From: Octopus vulgaris
Taxonomy: Eukaryota
Reading direction: 5' to 3'
Assembly: GCA_951406725.2 (NCBI GenBank)
Contig: OX597817.1
Span: forward strand, 11,470,001-11,534,000
DNA length: 64,000 bases
Shown: positions 50,862 through 64,000 of the stretch, piece after piece
Layout: every line of letters starts with the position of its first letter
How positions within the stretch are numbered: the stretch's first letter is position 1
Position numbers and translations under genes: made by a program
Notes under the pieces: model-generated
What the model saw: the letters and a program-made list of their open reading frames with translations, nothing else
Databases searched by the model: none
What the model was told of the DNA's origin: nothing

Positions 50862-51092
50862 CTTTTATTCTTTTATTCTTTTACTTCTTTCAGTCATTTG
50901 ACTGCGGCCATGCTGGAGCTATTACTTTAGTCTTACAAATCGACTCGTAGACTCATTCTAGCGGTACCTTTTGCCGAAGCGCTAAGTTACGGGACGTAAA
51001 CACACCAACATCGTTTGTCAAGCAATGTTGGGGAACAAACACAAGCACACAAATACATACATACATACAAATATACATACACACACAAATAT

Positions 51093-51168
<76 letters not shown>

Positions 51169-51173
51169 GTATA

Positions 51174-51209
<36 letters not shown>

Positions 51210-51368
51210 CGGGCTTCTTTCAGTTTCTGTCTATCACATCCATTCAAAAGTTTTTAATCGGCCCCAGGATATAGTAAAAGACAGCTGCTCAAGGTGCCAC
51301 GCGGTGGGACTGGGGCCAGAACCATATGCTTAGGAAGCATGCTTCATACCACACACCCACTCCTGCGC
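50862..51368 (-). mobile_element. SINE family A, diverged copy
   Basis: Tail, microsatellite and head all recognisable. Confidence 0.8.
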
Positions 51369-51394
51369 TTATGTAGGTTTGTGTGAGTGTGACT

Positions 51395-52390
51395 GCATTT
51401 ACATAGAAGGAGATACCGGAAAGGTTCTCTGTGGGAGAAGCCTGTTGTAGTTCAGCCCACAGCTGCTAAAAGCGACTTGATGCGATCCTCAGGCACCAAT
51501 CTGCCGTCGTTGTTGTCGAATGGAGGCGTACTACTACGTGATGCGTCTTTGTTCTGTATTACTTCTTCCTTGTTCCTCGAATTTTGCGATGCCCGAAACG
51601 AAGGAACAATGTGCTTCCGTGAAATTATGTTTCTTGTTGGAGAAAAGCTCGGCCGAAACAGTTGTCATGCTTCAGACAGCTTGCAAGGGCGCTGGCATGA
51701 GCAAGACAAATTTACAAGTGTTTTTCACGCTTTAGCGATGGTCACTTGTTGCTTGAAGGCCAAACGCGTTCAGGGCAAACTTCAACCTCCCGAACGAATG
51801 AAAACATCGTGAAAACTCATGAACTGATTTTGGAGGACCATCACCGAACAATTGACGAACTTGCTGACATGACTGCTGTGTCCTGGAGCTCCTGCCAACG
51901 AATTTTGAGCGAGGAATTGTAAATGAAAAGATTTGCAGCTAAAGCAGTCACGACTGAATGCGTAGGTTTGTTTGAGTGTGACTGTATTTACATAGAAGGA
52001 GATACCGGAAAGGTACTCTGTGGAAGATACCTGTTGTAGTTCAGCCATCAGCTGCTAAAAGCGACTTGATCTGGACTTTGATCTAAACTTTGATCAGGAC
52101 CTTTATTCGAAGCTCATCACAGATTTTAAAAGCTGGTGGTAGAAAATTTGCAGATGTGGAAGAGGTGTAAAAAAAGGGGGAAAAAAAAAAAAAAAAAGAC
52201 GGAGGCGTTAAAAGGCATCACCTCGCAAGAGATCCAGCAATGGTTCGAAGGGTGGAAAACGCGTCTGGACCGATGTATTGCTTCAAATGGAAAATACGTT
52301 GAAGGTGATAAAAGTGTTAACATGTAAAACCGAGTGAATAAAAGAATAAAATAATGCAAAATTTTGGTTTCTTTTGGGCACACGCTCGTA
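51395..52390 (+). mobile_element. Degenerate mariner (family M1) with duplicated 5' block
   Basis: EQCASVKLCFLLEKSSAETVVMLQTACK and EALKGITSQEIQQWFEGWKTRLDRCIASNGKYVEGD; head repeated at ~51962. Confidence 0.8.
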
Positions 52391-52556
52391 AATGATTTAC
52401 AGTATAAACTATACACAATATTAAGACAAACATATTCAGACGTTTTTATTTTTTTATTGAAAACAGATATAAAATATACGACAATCGTACAGACATAAAT
52501 ACGTACAAAAATACACATACCATTACGTACACACACACACCTACACTCACACACAC

Positions 52557-52603
<47 letters not shown>

Positions 52604-52845
52604 CATGTGTATGTTAAAAAAAAAAATTCGTATAGGAAGACCTGCAACCAGCATATGCTCATGCATACACGAAATATATATAATATTTGCAAATGTATAT
52701 TTTGAACATATATAACCGTATATGTATATGTTTGTATTCATGTGTGATAAAAGTTAATTGACTAATGTATATTTCTACACACCCACACATACGTACAGAC
52801 ATTCAAGTAATATTCACACAGTTATATGTATCTATATGCATATGT

Positions 52846-52880
<35 letters not shown>

Positions 52881-52895
52881 GTATAGTATTTATAT

Positions 52896-52962
<67 letters not shown>

Positions 52963-53070
52963 CCTATATATATATACACAGATATAGTATTTATATTCTA
53001 TTATATATATATAAAATTGGTGGTGTGTATACATTATTATGAGCACGTTTGCGTGTGTGTGTTTGTGTGT

Positions 53071-53113
<43 letters not shown>

Positions 53114-53672
53114 CGCTAGTACACATATCTTATGCATGTGTCTATATGTGTATGTTTGTATTTTTATACATTTATCCGCATATATGTCTATATGAATATC
53201 AATAAAAGGGTGCATAACAAATAGTTCTCGACTCATTTTTTCTATTATATTCATTTCTGCTTTTTTTTGCTTTCCTTCTTTTTGTAAATTTTCTGTTTTG
53301 TATTTTGTTTTATTTTATTTATTTATTTTATTTATTTATACTAAAACATTTTCCTCTACCGCTCCTTTGTGCTAATGTCATTTCACATCAAAGAGATTCA
53401 TATGTTATCCATTTTGTTATAAATTTTCTGATTCACAGTCTTTCTAATTCAGTCTTGCGTAATATTTATACATATGATCATCTTTCAATAAAAATTCGTA
53501 ATATAGCGGTGAAGAAAATCTGTACAGTTCTAGGAAGATATCAACCAGAATATACTACATTATAAATACGAATCAAGTCGGAGATGTCGACTGGATGTGT
53601 TTCGATCAAATTATCTCACAGGCATTCGTATCCACGCTTTCTTTCTTACTAACTCAATTTCTCTCTCACGCT

Positions 53673-53706
<34 letters not shown>

Positions 53707-55910
53707 GTTTATCTTCATTCTCTCTTGCAGTTTTTAATACATATTCCATGCGTCCTGCATTTTCATTGTCTTTATATATATATATGGTGGACCTCCGTCG
53801 ATGAACGATGAGTATTCAATTATATGATAAACTGAATTACCTGCTCCTGATTTAACGAGTAAGTGGCTGACCATTCCACAGACACGTGTACCCTTAATGC
53901 AATTTGCAGGCGGAATCTGCATAAAGCAGTGTGACAAGGCTGTGCCTTGTGAATTGTCGGTACAATCCACTCGACGGGCTTCTATACATTTTCCGCCTAC
54001 CCAATTTCACTCACAAGGTATGGGTCGGCCTAGGGCTATAGAAAATGACATTTGCCCAAGATGCCACACTGTAGAATCGGACTCGGGACCTTGTTGTTGC
54101 GAAGCGAACTATGTGGCCGTTCGGCCGTACTACGCCTATGTATGTGTGTGTGCGTGTGTGTATATATACATATTGTCCCATTTTGTATTTTTTATATATA
54201 TATCATACATACATATATATATATACACACACACCCAAACTTCCAAGTCGATGTCTCCTTGCTTCATTTTATTTCGTTTTTTTTTTGTCACGCTTTTCTT
54301 CACCCATTTTCGATTTTCTGGATAAATATTATCCTTTATTTTTCAGCTCATTTTCTCCATTTTTTTTTTTCGCTTTTAATCTTTTTATTGATTTTCTTCT
54401 TTACCATCATGCATCGTGTTCCCATTTGCTTTCCTCTCTCTTTCAAACACTCTCTACGTCGATTTTCCACTGCAACCTCGAGTCTTGTATGAATGTATAT
54501 ATATAAAAAAGATCTGTTTTTTTGCAGGTCTTTTTATTTATATATTGTTTTCTCTATAACTCATAGCTGTGTTTGCTAATTGGTGGGGTGGTTTTATATT
54601 GTCCTTTTACTCTGAAGTCATCATAAAATCAGATGAGTGGAAAGAGGAGAGAAACTGTTCCGTGACATGCGATCAATTTCTTCTGGAACACTGGCAACTG
54701 AATGAGTCTGAAAAGAGAATATATATATACAAATTAAAGTATTTGTAACAAAACGAATTTCTATAAACAATTACCTTAATTTATAAAATAGAAGACATTT
54801 AATAAAGGAGAAAATACATCAGATCAAATTGCTTTGCTGCTTTAGTTAGAACTCAGAAAACACGAGGTATGCGCGTATGTGTATGTATACATTAGGTCCT
54901 TGTCATTCTGACGCAAGGTCAGTTGAGCTCTGACTGCACAAGACAAATTATCAAAGTGTATTCGACGTTGATCTTATATATTTTGTTTTTGTTGACGTAA
55001 TACATTTAGGTGTAGGTGAACCTAACAACCTTAGGTTACAAACAGAGAAACGAGACATACAACATAAAGAATATTCCTCTTCTTCAGTTGTCCCTGTTTC
55101 AACTACTCGCGTTTAAGTAGGCAAGGACAATACGCGACTTCGTTGAAACAGTTCTTCCCACAAAGCAAATTAAATAAACATTTGGGATTTTTTGCGGAGG
55201 GTGAAAGTGGTAACAACAGGACAGTGAGAACAGTAAAAACAAACGGTGAGGGCTGTTGAGCCAAGACGATAGAAAAATTATTATGAACGCTAAGAAGACG
55301 AGCTTATGAAGGAGACAGTATAAGCACGTTTAGTCTTTACGTATGTATATATATATATATATATGCGTGTATGTATGAGTGTGTGTGTGTGCAAGCGCTT
55401 TAAAATATGTAGAAAATGCTAGACCACTCAGTTTGAAGCTGCCTGTGTCTACGTTTGGAATATTTTCTCCTCTTCCTTCTCCTCCTGACTTTCTCTCTCC
55501 TTCTCTCTCTCTCCCTCTCTCTTTCACATACACACACTCACACAAAAATCACAGGTTTAATTGCATGTAAGCATGTATACGTATGAGTTGATGTATGTGT
55601 GTATGCCTGTGTTTGTATGTGTCCGTGCATATTTATATGCGTAAGCAAAATAATAATTATACGCATTTGTATCTACTTCCGAATGTCTGAAAATTTGTTT
55701 TATTTGGTTTTCTGTTTGTGCTTCTTGTATGTATGTGTTTTTTGTAATCAGAACCAGACATTCCTTGCTAGTTTCTCAACGTGAGAATTTTCTTTCAATA
55801 TATACGCTGGTATAGCCCCGGGCAAACTCGAACAACGGAAGTGAAATTGTTTTTAATAAATTTCAAAAAACCTCACTAAATTATAAATTCCATCGGACGA
55901 AGTTTACAGT

Positions 55911-55991
<81 letters not shown>

Positions 55992-56674
55992 TACATACAT
56001 ATACAAATACATACAAGTGTGTGTGCGTGTGTATGTAAGTACACACACACACACATAATTATTAATTTATTGTATTTGAAGGTGTGGTACTGCGATTCAA
56101 ATTCTTCAAGCTTTATGAAAATATATTTCAAGGGTACAAAGAAGGAAATAAATATATAAATATTTAAATTCAACATATTACATCAGTAAGACGATGGATT
56201 TTAAAGAAATAAGCCTTGTATTCTTCACGGATCGTATGTTTTGCCGAATGTTTCCTCATTAACAGTTTCCGTTGTGCATGAGAAATGTATATGAGGTTAA
56301 TTATTTGATCTTAGCTAAAATTGTAAATACGAATAACTGATGGCAGCGTATTTAAAGATAATCTTAATAATGGCAATATTATTAATCTCAATAATGGAAA
56401 TATTGTCATTATCATCATCATTATTGTTGTTGTTGCTGTTGTTATTATTATTATCATCATCATTATTGTTGTTGTTGCTGTTGTTATTATTATTATTATT
56501 ATTATAATTATTATTATTATTATTATTAAGGTAGCAGGCTGGCAGAATCGTTAGCACGGCAGGCAAAATGCTTAGCGGCATTTCGACCGTCTCAACGTTC
56601 TGAGTTCAAATTCTGTCACAGTCGACTTTGCCCGTCATCATTTTCGAGTCGATGAATTAAGTACTTGTTTACTG

Positions 56675-57770
56675 GTCATGTTTTAAGAACCATGCGAAGA
56701 AGTCTTGCAGTTCCAAGCAATGCTGATTTTTGTAGGTGTTCTACCTTTTCACTTGCACGAATCTTTTTTTAGCCATGTTGGTAGTTGAGTGCTGATACTT
56801 TCAAGTGCACTAATTACTATTGATATCACGTCTAATCTCCTCATTAACCACAACCTTCGTATTTCCCACTTCAAATCGTCATAGTTGTTTATTTTCTCTT
56901 CTTCTTTTGCATTAATCCTGTTGTCAACGGGGCATGCTATGTTCTTTCTTTTTTATTCACCTCAACAATGTCCGGTTTCCGATGTTTGGTCAGGTGGTCG
57001 CACTAGGTCATTGCATCCCATAGGATTTGGAATTCTCATTCCCTGTGACTCCCACCGGGGTCTGCTCATGCCACATTTTTTTCTCTTTGTATGCTGTGAT
57101 TTCTACAGAGCTCCCAATGGGCCGTTGTTGCCACACTGTCATGGCGTCTTTGGTATTCGCGTTGTGCTAATTTCGTGCACTCGCTCGTGATGTGCCATGC
57201 CGTTTCACTCCTCTCCCCACGCACTCTGCATTCTTCGCTGTCGATAATGTTGACTATTCTGCATTTAACATAGTTGGTCCTTTACGCTGGTTCATGAGCT
57301 GCCTACATGAGTGCTTCTGTCTCTATCATCAGGTCATTCCTCCATATCTTTAGCCACTGACCCTCTGTATATGCCTTTGCGTTCACATTTCTTGCAAACT
57401 GACCGCACATTTTCTTTTCCTTCCATGCTTTTACACTTTTGGTGTTTGTTTCTTGTTTAAATTTTTCTTTTATCACACAATTTTCAGCTTTGATGACACC
57501 GGCCTTCTTTGTATATTTCCACGGCAGCTTTCATATACTACCCTAAGCTGTTTCCCTCTGCTTCGATACAGTCTTGGCTATTGAGCAAACCTCTCTCACC
57601 CTTTCTTTTGGACGTGTACAGCCTATCGGTGTCACTCTTAGGGAGGAAAGCTCCGTGTACTCTCAACAGTTTCGTGGTCTTGGTATCCATTTCCATCACT
57701 TTTCACTTTTGCCATTTTATAATCCCCGCTCCATGCCGAAGCGATGCTATCACCCTCGTATTAACTGCTC
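56675..57770 (-). mobile_element. Decayed R4/Dong-type fragment
   Basis: AVNTRVIASLRHGAGII, TDRLYTSKRKGERGL, VEHLQKSALLGTARLLRMVL. Confidence 0.75.
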
Positions 57771-57779
57771 GGAGAGAAA

Positions 57780-58590
57780 CTAACAGCCGATCCACTTGGA
57801 AAATACAAATAAGATCAAGTTATCTTCAAATGGGATTGTCTATCACAACTACACTTTGTCGTTGCTCTTATCACACACTCCCTGGAAGTTAGAAAAGTAA
57901 AATCTGGGTATAGACGTATAAAAGGCCAGGTGGTGGTTTATCATCTGCTATTCATGCATGACCTAAAGTTGTGCAGGAAACAGGGGGAATTAGATGCTCT
58001 CGTTGGTGCATGAGAGGGGTTAGCAGTAACATAAGAATAAAAATTGTGTTTTCCAAGTATGGAATCCTAGTGATGAAGACAGTGAAATACCATAAAAGTT
58101 ATGGGAAATAATTTATCGGTGAAGATACAAGTGTTTGATACAGATGATCAATTCAAATATCAGGGAGTCTAGGAAGCTGACGGTATAAAGGATAGAACAA
58201 TGAAAGATGAAATCAAATGAGAATACAAAAATCCAAATCTAATAGTGTATGTAAACCACAGTACCCTAAGTTCAAGAGCCTTTATAATCATTATACAGTT
58301 CCAAAACAATGAAATAGACAAAAGATCTTGAGAATGTTGACAGAAAAACAGGGAAATTCCTTACAATTTACATGGTTTTACACCTAGGAGTTGTTGACAA
58401 GTGGTATTTCAACAGAAATGGTAGAGGGAGGATTAATAAATGTAGAAAACTGTAGACGTAGACGCAGAGAGGTTAAGAGAGTCCGTTGCTGTTAGCGAAG
58501 AGGCGCTTTGATAGCGACTAGAAGAGAAGAGATGTCTGTTGGAAGAAGAGAGAAAAGTAAAGTTCTCGGAGCGGGAAAATATCGATAAGA
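57780..58590 (+). mobile_element. Highly decayed R4/Dong-type RT fragment
   Basis: HLLFMHDLKL (YMDDLKL motif), FKYQGV*EAD, DRKTGKFLTIY. Confidence 0.65.
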
Positions 58591-59989
58591 ACAGAAAATG
58601 CATTAAAAAAATAATATTTAGTTTTCCCTGGAGAAAAGCAATTGAAATACATCTACAGTCGAAGCTTCGTCTCTTTGTACTGTATACAGTAATAAAATAT
58701 ATAATAATAATTAACTGTTCGATTCAATCGATTAAATGCCTTCCCCCGGCCCACTCTAAAAATTTATGACCTGTATCAAAATTTTTAAATCATCGGTTCG
58801 CAGAATCAGTAGCATACCAGACAACACAACATATGGTTTTTGACTGTGCTAACTTATGTCGCAATTCCAAATGGCGCCGAAATCAAATTTAGCTTTCGTC
58901 CTCTTGGGAGCAATGACATATGTACGAATTTCATATTGAGGACAATTAAAGTGATATATCGTTTCTTGATAAATCCTTTCTCCAAAATGTGTAAGCTGGT
59001 ATCACTCTTAATGATCTGCAGATTACGTTTATTGTTACTGTTACAGAAAAATATTTTTTATTGAGAGCGTTGTATATTCAAAATTCCCATCATCAGCAGC
59101 CGAAGTACAACGGCAAAAACAGAAAAAGCGTCCGAGTTGTAGCACTGCGCATTAGTGAAAGAGTCATTAAATGCATGTACTATATCAGCAACCGATATGA
59201 GAAGTATTTTCTGCCTTTCAAGGGGAGGTTTAATCTTAAGGATACAATCTACAAATTCTAGATGTGTTAAGTCACCATGAGAAATTTTTATCTACAATCT
59301 GTATCGAAATTAAGGATGTTAGTTGAATATTGCATTTAGTGTGCAAGATGCAGTGTTGAAAAATTACTTCCTTGATAAGAGTATCTGCTTTGGCGCATTC
59401 GAAGGTGACTTGGTCACTTCAGTACTGTAATATGCTTGGTCAAAGCTTTATATAAATAGTTGCTAATTAAACCAAAAATTGCCTAGCTTCTTTATATCCT
59501 CAGTTTTTTGTTTTTTTTATGAAGTGTTCTCATTTACCTACTCGGTGTTTGCTTTCACTTTACAATTAAATTGAATTCCCTTCAATATTTGTTGAAACTA
59601 ATTCTCAAAAAGCTTTTAGATGAACGTTGTACGGGTCAAAATATTTTGCAATATTAGAAATATTGTCAGATGTATTTATTACTCCCTCGATGATGGTCTG
59701 TTTACTGGGAAATAGAAAAATCTAAATTAATAGCATTATCAAAAGAAAATTATGACAAATATAATCCGACCTTTCAGCTGTAATACCTCACAACGAATGA
59801 AATTAAAATATAATGCATTAATAAAATAATACTATTTAGTTTCCTCTAGAGAAAATCAGAAAAGTACGAAAAATGATTTTTGAGAAAATATACATTTCTT
59901 TATATACTGTTATATATTAAAGTCATATTTTGCCAACAGTCTTTGCTTCACTAAATTTAGTTCTGATATTCACTAGTATGACTAGCAAT

Positions 59990-60210
59990 AATAATATAAT
60001 AATAATAATAATAATGATAATAATAATTGTGTACAGTGCTCAGGTGCACTACAACTCATCTAAAGTGTATATATAATCAGGTGTAGTTTCGGCGGATTTC
60101 GGAAAGCATGAGGGCCTTAAAGGATTCAGAGTCATGGCAGTCAACAACTGACGCAGGCAGTTTATTCCATGCTTCAGCAACTCTGAGCGTGAAAAAATGT
60201 TTCCGAAAAT
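59990..60210 (-). mobile_element. CR1-type LINE extreme 3' end
   Basis: FRKHFFTLRVAEAWNKLPASVVDCHDSESFK...*; (TTA)n tail. Confidence 0.8.
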
Positions 60211-61889
60211 GGTTAGCAATAAATCGGGGATTAAAACAGAATATTAGATTATGTGAGATCTATCTTTATAATACTACATGCTAAGATAACTCGAGGAATT
60301 TGTGCTTTGTTTACGACATTTTGCGACCTCATACTACGTTAGAATTGTAAAGTACTGCTGCCTCACATGGCAAGTTTGCACTTTATCATTTGAGCTAGTT
60401 TTACATTACTTATTGGTAAAATGTAACACACCAGCTGCGCCTAGTTTTCAGCTATTTCTTTTTTATATATATATATCATACCTCTGGTACTAGAATCGTC
60501 AGAGCACTTGATCTTTCAAAGTAATAAGTTTGAAGGTTATCTTGGAGATGTTTATGGTTGTGGGAACAAAGCTACTTTTTGAACTAGATACTTAGATATT
60601 TTTTTAACCAATTCAAGTTATTTGCATCTGACCTATAACGAGGAAGTTAATAGCATCTAATGCTATACAGCTCACTGATAATTCCTAAGCATGATGTGAA
60701 TATGAAGGGCTTCCGTACTAAGAAGTCCTTTCTGCTAATCATCACCATCAAACGAAAATATTTATTGTTATGTGTAAGCTCTACCGTTTATTGACCCTAT
60801 TACATTTTCCAGTCAAGAACCTATGAGATATGATGACCTAACGGACTGACTTACTGCTGAATGAAATATTTATCACTGCCAATATCACAATCAAAGAAAA
60901 ATTATGGCTTCGTGTATCATTTTAAATCCAAGATATCATTTCGTTAACGAAAATGCCAGGTTTCTTCTTGTAAAGTACCTCACTTAATCTCGAGATTATG
61001 CTATTAAAGGGAAAGTAGTTCAGTTTCAAATATTGACTAATGACTCGGATATATAAATTATTCTTAAGTAAGTGATATTTTCATAATAAAACATCAGCAC
61101 TGGATATGTTAGATCCTTAACATGTGAATTTCATATTAAAATTATATTTATAGGGATTTTAAATGTCATAAAACTGAATTTAATATTGGTTTCAAATCAA
61201 AAGCGCCGAGCTGGCAGAACGTTAGCTTGTCACGCAAAATGCATAGTGGTATTTCTCTTTACGTTCTGAGTTCAAATACTGCTAACGCCGACTTTGCCCT
61301 TCATCCTTTCGGGATCGATAAAGTAAGTACCAGTTGAACACGGGGACCGATATAGTCGACTTAACCTCTACTCCAAAATTTGTAACCAATATTAAAAAGT
61401 CAGCAAATTTAAAGGCGGTGAGATGGAAGAATCGTTACCGCGCCGGAAAAATGTTTAGAGGTATTTTAACAAGCCTCCTCCACTAAAATTACTGGCTTTG
61501 TGCCAAAATTTGAAACTAATATTTAAATCAAATTGATAGCGATTTTAAATGCCATATCAAATTGCGGGAAATGGGTGAGGAAATGTAATAATGTAATTAA
61601 TGTAGTCTAATCCACGTCTGATATTGTCGTGACTACCACAAAATGGGTTGAATTTTCTTTTGACACTTCGCTTATTGAAAATATATGCAATAGTTATGAA
61701 AGACACTGAATCTTATACAATATTATATTAGTTCATCCCATAAATAATGCGGTTTTTTCAATTGCATGAAATAAAGTCGGTGGGGACGGGATAAACTACC
61801 TGTATCAACTTGCTATAAAATTTTACCTTATCCTTATTCTTAGTACAAGCTTTGAAGGGCTTGTGTGTGTGTGCGTGCGTGTGTGCGTG

Positions 61890-61945
<56 letters not shown>

Positions 61946-62960
61946 CATGTGTGTGTCTGTGTGTGTGTGTGTGTGTGTGAGTGTGTGTATGTGTGTGCGT
62001 GTGTGATATCTTTCTGATCATCATAAAAACTAAATTTTCAGATTTGTTAAATACTCCGGAGGGCGAGGTCGACTCAAAGAGAAATCAAATATCACAGCTA
62101 TCGGTCCGGTATAGTAAAGATTATAGCACTCAGCTATCTTTATAATGGACTCATACACTAATAAAAAGAAATGGCCAGGTTGACTGACTAATAATAGATC
62201 TATAGAGGAAATTTTCATTATTGATTATTTTGTGTTTAAAACCCATTTTGATACCAACAAAATAATGAATATTGTTATTCTAATATTGTTCTTCTCTCTG
62301 AACCTCCTTTCGCCAGATAGATGCTGAATCGTAAAACTCACTCACACACACAACACACACACACACACTCTCTCTCTCTCTCTCTCTCACGCACGCATGA
62401 ATATAAAACATAACGTAACATTTATCTATTTTCAAGTATCTATAAATACACCCATTATCTCACTCAGACGTAATTTGCAAACTATTTATTTCTAAGAGAC
62501 ATATTTTAGCATAAACACATAACGCATAGTGGAACAGCAAGAAGAAGGAGTAAAAGAAATTAGCAAAAATAAAAGCAAAATGTAAAGAAATAATTAGAGC
62601 AATTGCGGCAACAAAACAACAATAGTAACCTTTTTTAATAAATCTGGCTAGCTACAGAAACCGTTGATAAACAACAGGTACTTAAAAATATAAGAGGCGA
62701 AAGAACGAGAACAAAAGGAGTAGGAAAGCTATATATATATTTATATATTTGTATATTTATGTATCTATATTATATTGTATTGTATTAATTACGCGTTAGT
62801 CTTTCAGCCATCTTACATGGTACTTAAAACGAGTTCTTGTTCACGCTTTTCTTGTTATCGTCTTGATCGTCATTGTTATATTGCTCTTTTGATATTCTCG
62901 TTGTTCTTGTTGGCATTTTGCAATCGTCGTCATTTCTGTGTTTTTTTGGGTTTTTTTACA

Positions 62961-63122
62961 GCAGGAGTGGCTGTGTGGTAAGTAGCTTGTCTACCAACCG
63001 CATGGTTCCGGGTTCAGTCCCACTGCGTGGCACCTTGGGCGAGTGTCTTCTGCTATAGCCCCGGGCCGACCAAAGCCTTGTGAGTGGATTTGGTAGACGG
63101 AAACTGAAAGAAGCCTGTCGTA

Positions 63123-63173
<51 letters not shown>

Positions 63174-63406
63174 GCGTGTGTGTGTTTGTGTGTCTGTGTT
63201 TGTTCCCCTAGCATTGCTTGACAACCGATGCTGGTGTGTCTACGTCCCCGTCACTTAGCGGTTCGGCAAAAGAGACCGATGGAAGAAGTATTGGGCTTAC
63301 AAAAGAATAAGTCCCGGGGTCGAGTTGCTCGATTAAAGGCGGTGCTCCAGCATGGCCGCAGTCAAATGACTGAAACAAGTAAAAGAGTAAAAGAGTAAAA
63401 GAGTAA
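62961..63406 (+). mobile_element. SINE family A, near full length
   Basis: As 17660. Confidence 0.92.
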
Positions 63407-64000
63407 ACCGTTGTCGTTTAAATGTTTAAATGCTATCACCGTTTTTATGTTTATATTATTATTATCGTTATGAAAGCGGCAGCTGGCAGAATCGTTACCG
63501 CGTCGGATAAAATGCTTAGCAGTATTCCTTCCGGCTTTAAGTTCTGGGTTCAAATTCCGCCGAGATCGACTTTCCATCCTTTGTGTCGATAAACTAAGTA
63601 CCATTTGATCACTGGGCTCAGTGAGGTGGACCAGCACCTTTCTCCAAAACTTTAGGCCTCGTGCCTATAGCAGAAAGGAATACTGTCGTTTTCGTTGAAG
63701 GCCCTTTTGTCGTCCACATCGTCGTTATTTTTTTCTTTTTTGTAGTTATTGCTTTTGTTGCTGCCCTGGCTTACCTCTAGGCAGATTTGCATCCAGCCCA
63801 CAGAAATAATATTCTTTATACGAAATCGTTGATATCTATCGTAACTCATCAGGGAGGAAGATAAATTTACATTGGAAACATTTTTCTTTACCATTCGTAT
63901 TTTTTAATATTTATTTACTTATTTTTGCTGATAAGATCAATCATAGACAAGTAGATTCATAATTCAAAGTATTTCAGCCATGAGCAAGCAGTCTGATTCA

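Noticed and set aside
56675-58590. Single LINE with twin-priming inversion
   Set aside because: The two oppositely oriented fragments both cover the same thumb region with different sequences, so they are separate insertions.
59040-59261. Possible terminal coding exon (FPSSAAEVQRQKQKKRPSCSTAH*)
   Set aside because: Short, no recognisable domain and no supporting exon structure.

Overview
AT-rich, microsatellite-saturated animal genomic DNA with no recognisable host gene. The SINE families and repeat landscape suggest an octopus/coleoid cephalopod (inference). Almost every entry in the ORF track is a (TA)n/(TG)n/(TACA)n artefact. The real content is mobile DNA. (1) A young, 5'-truncated Penelope-like retroelement (RT YVDD + GIY-YIG, uninterrupted ORF) between ~480-bp near-identical INVERTED pseudo-LTRs (43823-46420). 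(2) About a dozen minimal type I hammerhead-ribozyme (HHR) motifs with palindromic helix III, often long helix-II inserts, and core variants including a G3:C8 swap. They sit in short non-coding insertions in (TA)n tracts: one is a 1.5-unit direct repeat starting near its cleavage site (retrozyme-like), and several are foldback palindromes. (3) R4/Dong-type non-LTR fragments in (TAA)n. (4) CR1-like LINE 3' ends, one sharing its tail with the dominant SINE. (5) Several tRNA-derived SINE families. (6) Mariner/Tc1 relics. (7) Non-autonomous Helitrons, one carrying a 147-bp tandem array. Everything was read by eye; coordinates may be off by a few bases and family names are unverified by database search.
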